Shown here in pieces: positions 1-11,690 of a stretch of DNA of 64,000 nt (its first letter is position 1; the number at the start of each line of letters is the position of its first letter). Both the position numbers and the translations under genes were made by a program. Below the pieces are notes generated by a model. That model saw nothing but the letters and a program-made list of their open reading frames with translations. It was not told where the DNA came from and searched no databases. Origin of the DNA: Mobula hypostoma (Eukaryota); the NCBI RefSeq assembly GCF_963921235.1, contig NC_086115.1, forward strand, positions 21,268,001 to 21,332,000, read 5' to 3'.

Positions 1-366
1 ATGGGCTCTTATCTTGCCAAGCAGCCTCATGTGTGGCACCTTGTCAAAGGGCTTCTGAAAATCCAAGTACACAACATCCACTGACTCTCCTTTGTGTATC
101 CTGCTGTTATTTCCTCAAAGAATTCCAACAGATTTGCCAGGCAAGGTTTTCCCTTAAGGAAGCCATGCTGACTTTGGCCTGTTTTACCACGTGCCTCCAA
201 ATACCCCTAATCCTCATCTTTAATAATCGACCAATATCTTCCCAACTACTGAGGTCAGACTAACTGGACTATAATTTCCTTCTTTCTGCTTCCTTCCCCT
301 CTTGAAGAGTGGAGTGCAATTTTCAAACTTCCAGTCATAGTCATACTTTATTGATCCCGAGGGAAA

Positions 367-2828
367 CACGAGGAATTCTGCAGATGCTGGAAATTCAAGC
401 AACACACATCAAAGTTGCTGGTGAACGCAGCAGGCCAGACAGCATCTCTAGGAAGAGGTACAGTCAATGTTTCGGGCTGAGACTCTTTGTCAGGACTAAC
501 TGAAGGAAGAGCTAGTAAGAGGTTTGAAAGTGGGAGGGGGAGGGGGAGATCCAAAATGATAGGAGAAGACAGGAGGGGGAGGGATGGAGCCAAGAGCTGG
601 ACAGGTGATTGGCAAAAGGGATATGAGAGGATCATGGGACAGGAGGCCCAGAGAAAAGGAAAGGGGGGAGGGGGGTACTGACCTCTACCTTGCTGAGGCA
701 CAGCGACAACTCACGGATGCCTCCTCTTATTTACCCCTTGATCGTGACCCCACTAAGGAGCACCGGGCCATTGTCTCCCACACCGTCACCGACTTTATCC
801 GCTCAGGGGATCTCCCATCCACTGTTACCAACCTTATAGTTCCCACACCTCGCCCTTCCCGTTTCTACCTCCTACCCAAGATCCACATACCTGCCCGTCC
901 TGGCAGACCTATTGTCTCAGCTTGCTCCTGCCCCACCAAACTTGTTTCTGCATACCTTGACATGGTTTTATCCCCCCTTGTTCAATCCCTTCCTACCTAT
1001 GTTCGTGACACTTCTCACGCTCTTAAACTTTTCGATGATTTTCGGTTCCCTGGCCCCCAGCGCTTTATTTTCACCATGGATGTCCAGTCCCTATATACTT
1101 CCATCCCCCATCAGGAAGGTCTCAAAGCTCTCCGCCACTTTTTGGATTCCAGACCTAATTAGTTTCCCTCTACCACCACTCTGCTCCGTCTAGCGGAATT
1201 AGTCCTTACTCTTAATAATTTCTCCTTTGGCTCCTCCCACTTCCTCCAAACTAAAGGTGTAGCTATGGGCACCTGTATGGGTCCTAGCTATGCCTGCCTT
1301 TTTGTTGGCTTTGTGGAACGATCTATGTTCCAAACCTATTCTGGTATCTGTCCCCCACTTTTCCTTCGCTACATCGACAACTGCATTGGCGCTGCTTCCT
1401 GCACGCATGCTGAGCTCGTTGACTTCATTAACTTTGCCTCCAACTTTCACCCTGCCCTCAAGTTTACCTGGTCCATTTCCGACACCTCCCTCCCCTTTCT
1501 AGATCTTTCTGTCTCTATCTCTGGAGACAGCTTATCTACTGATGTCTACTATAAGCCTACTGACTCTCACAGCTATCTGGACTATTCCTCTTCTCACCCT
1601 GTCTCTTGCAAAAATGCCATCCCCTTCTCGCAATTCCTCCGTCTCCGCCGCATCTGCTGTCAGGATGAGGCTTTTCATTCCAGGACGAGGGAGATGTCCT
1701 CCTTTTTTAAAGAAAGGGGCTTCCCTTCCTCCACCATCAACTCTGCTCTCAAACGCATCTCCCCCATTTCACGCATATCTGCTCTCACTCCATCCTCCCG
1801 CCACCCCACTAGGAATAGGGTTCCCCTGGTCCTCATCTACCATCTCACCAGCCTCTGGGTCCAACATATTATTCTCCGTAACTTCCGCCATCTCCAACGG
1901 GATCCCACCACTAAGCACATCTTTCCCTCCCCCCCCCCGCTTTCCGCAGGGATCATTCCCTATGCGACTACCTTGTCCGTTCATTCCCCCCCATCGCTCC
2001 CCACTGATCTCCCTCCTGGCACTTATCCTTGTAAGCGGAACAAGTGCTACACATGCCCTTACACTTCCTCCCTTACCACTATTCAGGGCCCCAGACAGTC
2101 CTTCCAGGTGAGGCAACACTTCACCTGTGAGTCGGCTGGTGTGATATACTGCGTCCGGTGCTCCTGATGTGGCCTTCTATATATTGGTGAGACCCGACGC
2201 AGACTGGGAGATCGTTTTGCTGAACACCTACGCTCTGTCCGCCAGAGAAAGCAGGATCTCCCAGTGGCCACACATTTTAATTCATTCCCATTCTGATATG
2301 TCTATCCACGGCCTCCTCTACTGTAAAGATGAAGCCACACTCAGGTTGGAGGAACAACACCTTATATTACGTCTGGGTAACCTCCAACCTGATGGCATGA
2401 ACACTGATTTCTCTAACTTCCGCTAATGCCCCACTTCCCCCTTGTACCCCATCTGTTATTTATTTTTATACACACATTCTTTCTCTCTCTCTCCTTTTTC
2501 TCCCTCCGTCCCTCTGACTATACCCCTCGCCCATCCTCTGGGTTTCCCCCTCCCCCTTGTCTTTCTTCTCCCTGGGCCTCCTGTCCCATGATCCACTCAT
2601 ATCCCTTTTGCCAATCACCTGTCCAGCTCTTGGCTCCATCCCTCCCCCTCCTGTCTTCTCCTATCATTTTGGATCTCCCCCTCCCCCTCCCACTTTCAAA
2701 TCTCTTACTAACTCATCCTTCAGTTAGTCCTGACGAAGGGTCTCGGCCCGAAACGTCGACTGTACCTCTTCCTAGAGATGCTGTCTGGCCTGCTGCGTTC
2801 ACCAGCAACTTTGATGTGTGTTGCTTGA
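367..2828 (+). mobile_element. 5'-truncated Penelope-like retroelement (RT + GIY-YIG endonuclease, disrupted) with inverted pseudo-LTR at its 5' end
   Basis: RT motifs FYLLPKIH, MDVQSLYTSIP, GVAMG..GPSYA, RYIDN; GIY-YIG as GVIYCVRCS*CGLLYIGET; stops at 1160 and 2165; ~395-660 is the reverse complement of ~2565-2828; flanking 16-bp direct repeat TTGATCCYGAGGGAAA at 351-366 and 2825-2840. Confidence 0.92.
2721..2762 (+). ncRNA. Minimal type I hammerhead ribozyme motif in the Penelope pseudo-LTR
   Basis: AGTC-CTGACGA-A-GGGTctcgGCCC-GAAA-C-GTC-GACT: stem I AGTC/GACT, conserved core boxes, palindromic ACGT in place of stem III, GUC cleavage triplet. Confidence 0.75.
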
Positions 2829-4306
2829 TCCTGAGGGAAATTGGTTTTCGTTACAGTTGCACCATAAATAATTAAATAGTAATACAAGCATAAATAGTTA
2901 AATAGTAGTGTGTAAATTATGCCAGGAAATAAGTCCAGGACCAGCCTATTGGCTCAGGGTGTCTGACCCTCCAAGGGAGGAGTTGTAAAGTTTGATGGCC
3001 ACAGGCAGGAATGACTTCCTATGATGCTCTGTGTTGCATCTCAGTGGAATGAGTCTCTGGCTGAATGTACACCTGTGCCCACCCAGTACATTATGTAGTG
3101 GATGGGAGACATTGTCCAAGATGGCATGCAACTTGGACAGCATCCTCTTTTTAGACACCACCGTCAGAGAGTCCAGTTCCATCCCCACAACATCACTGGC
3201 CTTACGAATGAGTTTGTTGATTCTGTTGGAGTCTGCTACCCTCAGCCTGCTGCCCCAGCACACAACAGCAAACACGATCGCACTCCACAGGGATCATGCC
3301 AGAATGTAGTTATTCTTAAAATATCACAATCTCCACAATCTCTTCAGATACTTCTTCATAATCCTGGGGTATAGTCCATCTGGTCCAAGTAACTTATGTA
3401 TCTTTAGGTCTTTCAGCTTCCCAAGCAGCTCTCCTCTAGTAATAGCAACTGCATTGACTTCTGCCCCTTGACTCTCTCAAACTTCCAGCATACTGCGAGT
3501 GTCTTAGACAGTGAAGACTGATGCAAAATACATACTCAATTCATCCGCCATCTCCTTCACCCCAATGCTACCTCTTCGGCATCATTTTCCACCAGCCAAT
3601 ATCTACTCTTGCCTCGCTTTTACTCTTAATATATCGAAAAAACTTTAGTATCCTCTTTGATATTATTGGCTAAGTAACCTTAATATTTCATGTTTTCCTT
3701 CCCTATAGCTTTTTTTAGTTGCATTCTGTTGGTTTTTAAAAGCTTTCCAATCCTCTAACTTCTCACTAATTTTTGCTCTGTTATACACCCTCTCTTTTGC
3801 TTTTATGTTGGCTTTGACTTCACTTGTCAGCCACAGTTGAGTTATCCTGCTTTTAGAATACTCTCTTCTTTGGGATGTATCTATCCTGTGCCTTCCAAAT
3901 TTCTCCCAGAAACTCCAGACATTACTTTCCTGCTGTCATCCCTACCAGTTCCCCTTCCAATTAACTTTGACCAGCTCCTCTCTCATGCCTCTGTAATTTC
4001 CTTTTACTCCACTGAAATACTGATACATTTGACTTCAGCTTCTCCCTGTCAAACTGCAGGGTGAATTCTATCATATTTTGATCACTGTCTCCTATAGGTT
4101 CCTTTACTGTAAGCTCCCTAATCAAATCCGGTTTATTACACGACACCCAATCCAGAATAGGTGATCCCCTAGTGGGCTCAACCACAGGCTGGTCTGAAAA
4201 GCCATCCCTTAGACTCATTCTACAAATTCTCTCACTTTGGATCGAAATTCAACACCAACCTGATTTTTCCAAACTACCTGTGTATTGCAATCCCCCATGA
4301 CTATTT

Positions 4307-4705
4307 ACAGATCTTATTGAAACGTATAAAATCCTAAAGGGATTGGACAGGCTAGATGCAGGAAGATTGTTCCCGATGTTGGGGAAGTCCAGAACGAGGG
4401 GTCACAGTTTGAGGATAAAGGGGAAGCCTTTTAGGACCGAGATTAGGAAAAACTTCTTCACACAGAGAGTGGTGAATCTTTGGAATTCTCTGCCACAGGA
4501 AACAGTTGAGGCCAGTTCATTGGCTATATTTAAGAGGGAGTTAGATATGGCCCTTGTGGCTAAAGGGATCAGAGGGTATGGAGGGAAGACTGGTACAGGG
4601 TTCTGAGTTGGATGATCAGCCATGATCATACTGAATGGCGGTGCAGGCTCGAAGGGCCGAATGGCCTACTCCTGCACCTATTTTCTACGTTTCTATGTTT
4701 CTACG
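4307..4705 (+). mobile_element. Young CR1 3' end
   Basis: ORF2 C-terminus (SRTRGHSLRIKG..FFTQRVVNLWNSLP) and (TTCTAYGT)n tail; very similar to 26017-26400. Confidence 0.85.
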
Positions 4706-6029
4706 TTTAGTATTGCTACCATTCGGAGATCTCGCATTGGGGTCTTTTTACCCTTACAGTTCCTGCCCACAACGATTCTACATCTTTTGATCCTGTGTCA
4801 CCTCTTTCTGAGGATTTGATTTCTTTGTTTTAACCAATGAAGCAATGCCATCTCCTCTACCTACCTGCCTGTCCTTTTGATACAACGTGTATCCTTGGAC
4901 ATTAAGCTCCCAACTATAATCCCTTTCAGCCATGACTCAGTGATGCCCACAATATCATACTTGTCAATATCTAACTGTGCTACAAGATCGTCCACCTTAT
5001 TCCATATACGTGGGCATTCTAATATAACACCTTCAGTCCTGTATTCGCCACCCTTTTCGATTTTGTCCCCAGTTACACTGCAGCTCATCCCACTGACTGC
5101 AATTTTGCCCTATCATCTACCTGTCTTTCCTGACAGTCTCACAGACTGCCTCTGCTTGTGAACCAACAGCCCATCTGCAGCCCTATCACTTCATTCTCCA
5201 ACCCCAGCCCTATCATCCTGTTTTCCATCCCCCTTCCAAATCAGTTTAAACCCTGCCCAACAGTCTAGCAAACCTGCCCACAAAAAATATTGATTTCCCC
5301 TCAGATTCAGGTATAAAAAGTCGCTTTTGTACAGGTCATACCTTCACCAGAAGGGATCCCAATGATTCAGACATTTGAAACACTGCACCTGTTCCTCAGC
5401 CAGACATTCATCTGCCAAATAATCCTTTCCTTAACCTCTCTGGCACGTGGCACAGGCATCAATCCAGAGATAACTAACCAGGAGCTCCTGCTTTTTAGAT
5501 TTCTACCTAGCTCCCTAAATTTTCTCTTCAGGACCTCCTCACTTTTCGTACTTATGTCATTGGTTCCAATACACACCAAGACTTCTGGCTGCTCCCCTGT
5601 CTCATTTAGAATGCCATGGACCCGATCTGAGACATGCCTGATCTTGGCATCCTGGAGGCAACATACCATCTGGGTGTTTCTGTTGCATTCACAGAATCTC
5701 ATGTCTTCTCCAGTGACTATGGAATCCCCTTTCACTACTGCAGCCCACTTCTCCCCCTTCCCTCCTGAACCACAATGCCATGCTCAGTGCCAGAGACCTG
5801 TCACTTGCGGTTTCTGCCTGGTAGGTCTCCCCCAACTCCCACTCCCACTCCCACCCCACCCCACAGAATCCAAAGTGTATACTTATTATTGCGGGGGTAC
5901 TCTGCACTGGCTGCCCATTTGATCTCCCGCTCCTGCCTCGTGCAACTTAGGGTTGACTATCTCCCTGTAGCTTCTATCTGTGATGTTCTCATTCTCCCAT
6001 ATGAGCTGAAGGATGCTCTTCATAATTTA

Positions 6030-7195
6030 CAGTTTGGCATTCACTGCTATCATCCCCTCAAAACTAATCAATTATCTTCAAGACCTTGGCCTCAATACCT
6101 CCTTGCATAATTGAATCTTTGATTTCTTCACTTGCATACCCCAGTCAGTTCAGGTTGGCAACAAAATCTTCTCCACGGTATCCATCAGCGCAGGTGCATC
6201 ACAACGCTGTGTGCTTAGCCCCTGCTCTACTGGCTTTCTACTTGTGACTCGGAGGCTGAGCACAGCTCCAATGCTTTATTTAAGTTTGCTGATGACACCA
6301 CTGTTATTGTTCAAATCAAAGGTGGTGATGAATCAGCATATAGGAGGGAGATTGGAAGTCTGGCTGTGTGGTGCCACACCAACAACCTCTCACTCACTGG
6401 CAGCAAGAAACTGATTATTGACGTCATGAGGAGGGAACCAGAGGTCCTTGAGCCAGTCCTCATCAGGGGATCAGAGGTAGAGAGGGTCAGTAACTTTAAA
6501 TTCCTTGGTGTTATCATTTCAGAGGATCTGTCTTGGGTCCAGTACGTAAATGCCAGTGCCTCTACCATCTTAGAAGTTTGTGAAGATTTGGCAACTCATC
6601 TAAAACCTTGACAAACTTCTATAGATGTGCGGTGGAGAGTATATTGACTGGCTGCTTCCTAGCCTGGTATGGAAATGCCAATGCCCTTGAATGTAAATGG
6701 CTACAAGAAGTACTTTATACAGCCCAGTCCATCATGGGTAAAGCCCTCCCTTCTATCGAACACATCTACATGGAGTGCTATTGCAGGAAAGCAGCATCTA
6801 TCAAGGACTCCCACCATCCAAGTTGTGCCCTCTTCTCACTGCTGCCATCAATAAGGCACAGGAGTCTCAGGACTCTCAGCACCAGGTTCAGGAACAGTTA
6901 TTACCCCTCAACCATCAGGCTCTTGAACCAGAGTGGTGACTTCACTCAACTCTTCATCTTATGTTCTTATCTCATGTTGCTTATTTAATATTATTATTTA
7001 TTTTTTTTTCTTTTTGCCCAGTTTGTTGTCTTTTGCATATTGGTTGTTCATCCTGTTGGGTGAAATCTTTGATTGATTCTATTGTGTTTCTTACATTTAC
7101 TGTGCATGCCCACAAGAAAATGAACGTCAGGGTTGGATATGATTATGTACATGTACCTTGATAATAAGTTTACTTTGAATTTGAACTTTGAACAG
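6030..7195 (+). mobile_element. Rex1/Babar-like LINE 3' portion, degenerate
   Basis: KFADD remnant near 6283, FKFLGVIISEDLSW, FYRCAVESILTGC..WYG, RFRNSYYPSTIRLLN; tail (TTTGAA)n at ~7172-7192. Confidence 0.8.
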
Positions 7196-9232
7196 GAGAA
7201 TGTTCTCAAGTGACAGCAAGCAGATCACATTGGAGCTGTCCATGAAGACCTTGATAATAATTTTACTATGAACTTCGAAGTTTTTGAACTTTGGATTCCA
7301 ATTTAGATTCAGATTTATTTGTCATGTATACATCGAAGTATGCAGTGCTACGTCTGAGGAGGTGCTGGGAGCAGCCTTCAAGTGTCGCCACACATTCCGG
7401 CACTAACATAGTGTGCCCACAATGCTTAGCAAAACAACACAAGCAGCAGCGACAGCAACAAGAGAACAGAACAAGACAACAGCAGCGAAACAATTCCCTA
7501 CCTCACCCTCTCACCACCTCACACACAAATAGGCCTCCATCCCCAGGACACCCACACCCTGGTGCCAGACTCTCAGATATCGGGCTTTCACCTCCAGTCC
7601 ATGGTCCAGACTCTTAGGCTCCACCGTTCCTTTACCGAACCATAAACACATTTGCAAACATCTGATTGTGTACTGATCACCACATTGACACTTACTTTCA
7701 AATGCCAGAATGAATTAAACTTGACAGTGTTAGACAGCTGTCTTACTTCTACCAATTTTAAGTAAATTTGCTCGATGGACCTAGGCATTGTCACTGATAA
7801 TTGTTGATATTGCTGACTCTTGCCTTTAGCCTGAATTCCCTTGTTTTGTATCCTACTAAATGCTTTTTCATCTCTCAGATTTGAAAGTGCAATCCTCTCA
7901 CCAGGGCTTGTATACAAACTTAGCTCACTCTGCTCACAGTCATGTGATTCAGCGGTGGGAAGGCCGCCTTCCATAAGCCACACACATCCGGGGTTGGCAT
8001 GATTTGGGTTCAACCAGATAGGAAAGTCAGGGTGTTCTGACTGAGGACCGCTGTGTAAATACTGCCCCATACACAGTTATCTCTTGCTAGGAAATGACAG
8101 ATCACGCACTGGCATAAACTTACCAAGGCAGTAGATTTTGCAACTTTAACAATCAGTTTCCTGAAAAAGAAAAGAAAGAGGGATCCATTACAGTTAAACT
8201 GTCTGAATGTGGACATAAATGTTGGAGCTCATTTCTGGATTAGTAAGGTGCTTCACTTTGAATACTCACGTGCTGAACCCACATTCTGCATGAAAGACAC
8301 CGGCCACAGTTTGAACTTCCCTCAAACCAATTCGAATAAACTGGCTAATTCAGCACTTGCTCCTTTGAACCATTCATCTGCACAAAGCACTTCTTACAAC
8401 ATGGTCTCTCCTTCAGGTGGGATCCTCTGAGGATCTTCCCTGTGCTCTTCTTCGCACCTCCTGCCAAAAGCCCCCAAACCAGACTACTTGTCCTTCAGAA
8501 ACACTCTTACTAACAGGACGTGCTGGTTTTGCAGAAAACTGCTAAAATAAAAATACCTCACGGCATAGCAATAGAAATCTTAGCCAGGGCATTACAAAAG
8601 CATCTGTTTCCAGATTTGATGGTCTGTTGGTGTATCCTATGATATAAGAATATCATGAAAAGATTGTTGTTAAAAGAAGAATTTCATTAGCTGCAGTTTT
8701 TTTTCCCCGTCATGAGCTTTATTCATGGGAAACAGTCAGATAAAATAATTATCCTCAATCTGTAAATGTTCATGCAAAAGGAAACACCTAACTAAAGAGG
8801 AGAGCTTTTAACTAGCTTTTCAAGATTACTTCTGAGTGTTTAACCATATGGATAGATAACTTAGTCTGATTTTGGTATAATGCAATAGATTAAATAAACT
8901 GCTCTAAAATATAACACGAAGAAGAGTTATCAAGAGATTTCTTAATTGGTTTTTAAATAAGCCATACTAGGCTTTTGTTTGTTACAGCCTTTATATTTCA
9001 GTCCAGGTGAAGGGATCCAGCTGTTCCTTGTTTGGGCTACTGAAGACTATTGAGATTTTAAACATAATTATGTCAACTCTTTGGCTTCATCTTTATTTCT
9101 GTATTAATGACTCGTTTTTAGATTTGCATTGTATTTCTGCAGAGCTGATTACATTTTAGTATGTTACAGTATTTCAGTTGGACTTAAAATTACTTTTGTT
9201 TGTTAAATTGCACTGATGGGATCCATGACAAA

Positions 9233-9853
9233 CGAGGGGTGATTGATAAGTTTGTGGCCTAATGTAGACGGAGTCAGTTTTAGAAAACTTAGCACATTTT
9301 TTTTCCTACATTCACACACTTAGTCCAGCGGTCGTGGAGCATACGGATCCCTTCTTTGTAGAAGTCGGCATCTTGGACCTCTAGAAGTGGTCCACAGCAG
9401 GGGTGATTGATAAGTTTGTGGTCTAAAGTAAAGGGAGATGAGGAGAAACTTCAAACTTTCTGCATTTTCATTCAAAGAGTTGAGCTGCATGTGCATGTAA
9501 TGAGAGCTGTATAACTCATCTCCTTCTACCTTAGGCTACAAACTTATCAATCACCCCTGCTGTGGACCACCTGGAGGTCAAAGATGCTCTCGTTACATGC
9601 ACATGCAGTTCATCTCTTTGAGTGATAATACAGAAAGTTTGAAGTTAATAACTCACCTCTTTCTACCTTAGGCTACAAACTTATCAATCACCCCAGCTGT
9701 GGACGACTTCTACAAAGAAGGGATCCGTATGCTCTACGACCGCTGGACTAAGTGTGTACATGTAGTAGGGGACTATGTTGAAAAATAAATGTGCTAGGTT
9801 TTCTAAAATTGACTCCTTCTACCTTAGGCCACGAACTTATCAATCACCCCTCG
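9233..9853. mobile_element. Mariner-derived palindromic MITE
   Basis: Long TIRs CGAGGGGTGATTGATAAGTT.. / ..AACTTATCAATCACCCCTCG followed by TA; 9708-9788 encodes mariner C-terminus FYKEGIRMLYDRWTKCVHVVGDYVEK*. Confidence 0.85.
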
Positions 9854-10250
9854 TAATTAGTTCAAAGGGCAACAAACTTGTTTGAGGAGTCCTTGATTTT
9901 CTCCACGACTGTGAACTAAGAAAAATTGGTGACTTCATCACAGTAAGAATTTATATTATCAGCAGGGGTGTGGCTGTGGGAGTGGAATTTTGATGAAGAC
10001 CTGCTGGGTTTGTCATGGAACTTAAGTGCTATGGTCTTTTTGAATAACAGCTCTTTTGGTTACTTCTGAACTAACAGTAGGAATATTTAATTGGTAATAT
10101 AGCCTTTGTTTTTGAAAGCCTTGATTTGGTTTTGTTCTTCTCAATCAGATTCTGTCTGTTCTCTTGTGATGGGATAATCTAAGGCAATTTTAGCTGGACT
10201 TCAATAGGCTGATAATTCACATTTTGCTTGTACCGATTTTAATCTTTCAG

Positions 10251-10416
10251 ACGCACTGTTCACATCAGGAACCACAGCAACTGTGGCTTTGTTAAAGGAT
10301 GCATCTCTTCTTACGGTGGCTAATGTTGGCGATAGTCCAGCTATTCTTTGTCGTGAAGGAAAAGCTGAACAATTAACCGAAGATCACACCCCAAGGAGGC
10401 ATGATGAAAGGAAAAG
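10251..10416 (+). CDS. PPM1K-like: PPM1K-like PP2C phosphatase, internal coding exon (166 bp)
   Basis: ttcag| and |gtgact boundaries; [54 protein letters not shown] matches the PPM1[19 protein letters not shown] segment. Confidence 0.93.
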
Positions 10417-10659
10417 GTGACTTGCACTATAATGTAAATTTTCAAAACAATTTCATTCAAGTGACCACTTAAAAATGCATTAATACAAGTTTACTATATT
10501 AAGTCAGTGGTATAATGCCAGTGATGGGGAACTAGTTAAAACATTGATTCAAAATGTTAAGAATTTTTGTTGGCTTTCAAATGATTAATTTTAGAATTGT
10601 CACTGAAAAGGAGAGAGATTGGTAAAAAAATGCCACAAATGGACTTTGTTTCCAATGAA

Positions 10660-11690
10660 CAGAAATGATGTGAAATGTCAGTTGTCACCAAACTCCAGGC
10701 AAAATACACTCTATCTACTACCACCCTATATTTTCTATGGGCAAGCAAATTCTTAATCCACACAGGCAATTTACCTGGATCAATTGCCTCCTGACTTTGT
10801 GAATGAGCCTATCATAGGGAACTTTATCAAACACCTTACTAAAAATTAAATACACCACAGGACTCCTGCTGAAGGGTTTCGGCCCAAAATTTTGACTATT
10901 CTTTTCCATAGATGCTGCCTGGCCTGCTGAGTTCCTCCAGCATTTTGTGTGTGTTGCTTAGATTTCCAGCATTTACAGATTTTTCTCTTGTTTGTGATTG
11001 GTTCCCTAATCAGACCATGCTTCTCCAAATACTCATATATCCTGTCTCTACAAATCCTTTCCAATAATTGCCCACCATTGAAGTAAGACCCATGGGTCTA
11101 TAATTTCCAGAGTTATCCTTAATCCCTTTCTTGAACAAAGGAATAACATTTACCATCCTTCAATCTTCTGATACTACTCCTATAGCCAGTAAGGATGCAA
11201 AGATCATCGCCAAAGGCACAGTAATCTCTTCCCTTACCTCCCATAGTAATTTGGGATATATCGCGTCCAGCCCCAGGGACTTATCTATCCCAATGTTTTT
11301 TAAAAGTTCCAGCGAATCATTCCTTAACCTCTATGTTCTAGCATATCAACTCATTTTATACTATCCTCACAAACATCGAGGTTTCTTTCATTGGTGAACA
11401 CTGAAGTAAATTATTCATTAAGGACCTCCCCTAACTCCAGGCATATGTTTCCTCTTTTATCCCTGATTAGTTCTGGTCTCTAGACATCCTCCTGCTCTTC
11501 ACATATATTTAGTACACCTGGCACCTGGGGGCAGGGAAGGTTTGTTAATCTTTCTCACCAAGGCCTTCTCATGCCATCTTCTAGCTCTCCTACATACATT
11601 CCTTAGTTTTCCCTGGCTATCTTGTAACTCTCTGGATTCTTAATCTTCCTCTCATCTAGCTGTTCCACGTCTCTTATCAATCATGATATA
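10660..11690 (-). mobile_element. Degenerate CR1 RT fragment
   Basis: FSKVFDKVPYDRL, RDRIYEYLEKHGLIR and WIKNLLAHRK remnants. Confidence 0.7.
10861..10995 (+). mobile_element. Short hammerhead-bearing Penelope pLTR-like insertion (degenerate core)
   Basis: CTGCTGAAGGGTTTCGGCCCAAAA..GATGCTGCCTGGCCTGCTG..TTTCCAGCAT, homologous to 2721-2828; interrupts CR1. Confidence 0.75.

Larger units (their letters stand above)
334..3283 (-). mobile_element. 3' end of a Rex1/Babar-like LINE, itself interrupted by the Penelope element
   Basis: ORF 2946-3275 (AVVCWGS..INKLIRKA..HPLH..RKSFLPVAIKLYN); minus-strand tail AATAAA + (TATGAC)2 at 334-352. Confidence 0.75.
1..5770 (-). mobile_element. Degenerate CR1 LINE (ORF2 RT/EN remnants plus ORF1 SGNH-esterase remnant), split by nested insertions at 334-3283 and ~4307-4705
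   Basis: Minus-strand peptides TPLFKRGRKQKEGNYSPVSLTSVVGK (220-330), VVEPTRGSPILDWV (3961-4218) and GDSIV..VCCLQDAKIRHVSDRV..IGTNDI (5367-5735), all typical of CR1. Confidence 0.85.

Noticed and set aside
1542..2119. Overlapping 189-aa and 116-aa ORFs
   Set aside because: Alternative frames of the Penelope ORF
7588..8070. 160-aa minus-strand ORF
   Set aside because: No recognisable motif, runs into a repeat, and no convincing splice context; probably chance
9233..9853. CRISPR-like array of recurring ~35-bp repeats
   Set aside because: Eukaryotic context; repeats are in both orientations and are mariner TIRs
7200..10250. Search for the preceding (~101 bp) PPM1K-like exon
   Set aside because: No matching peptide found by eye; it probably lies upstream of the window
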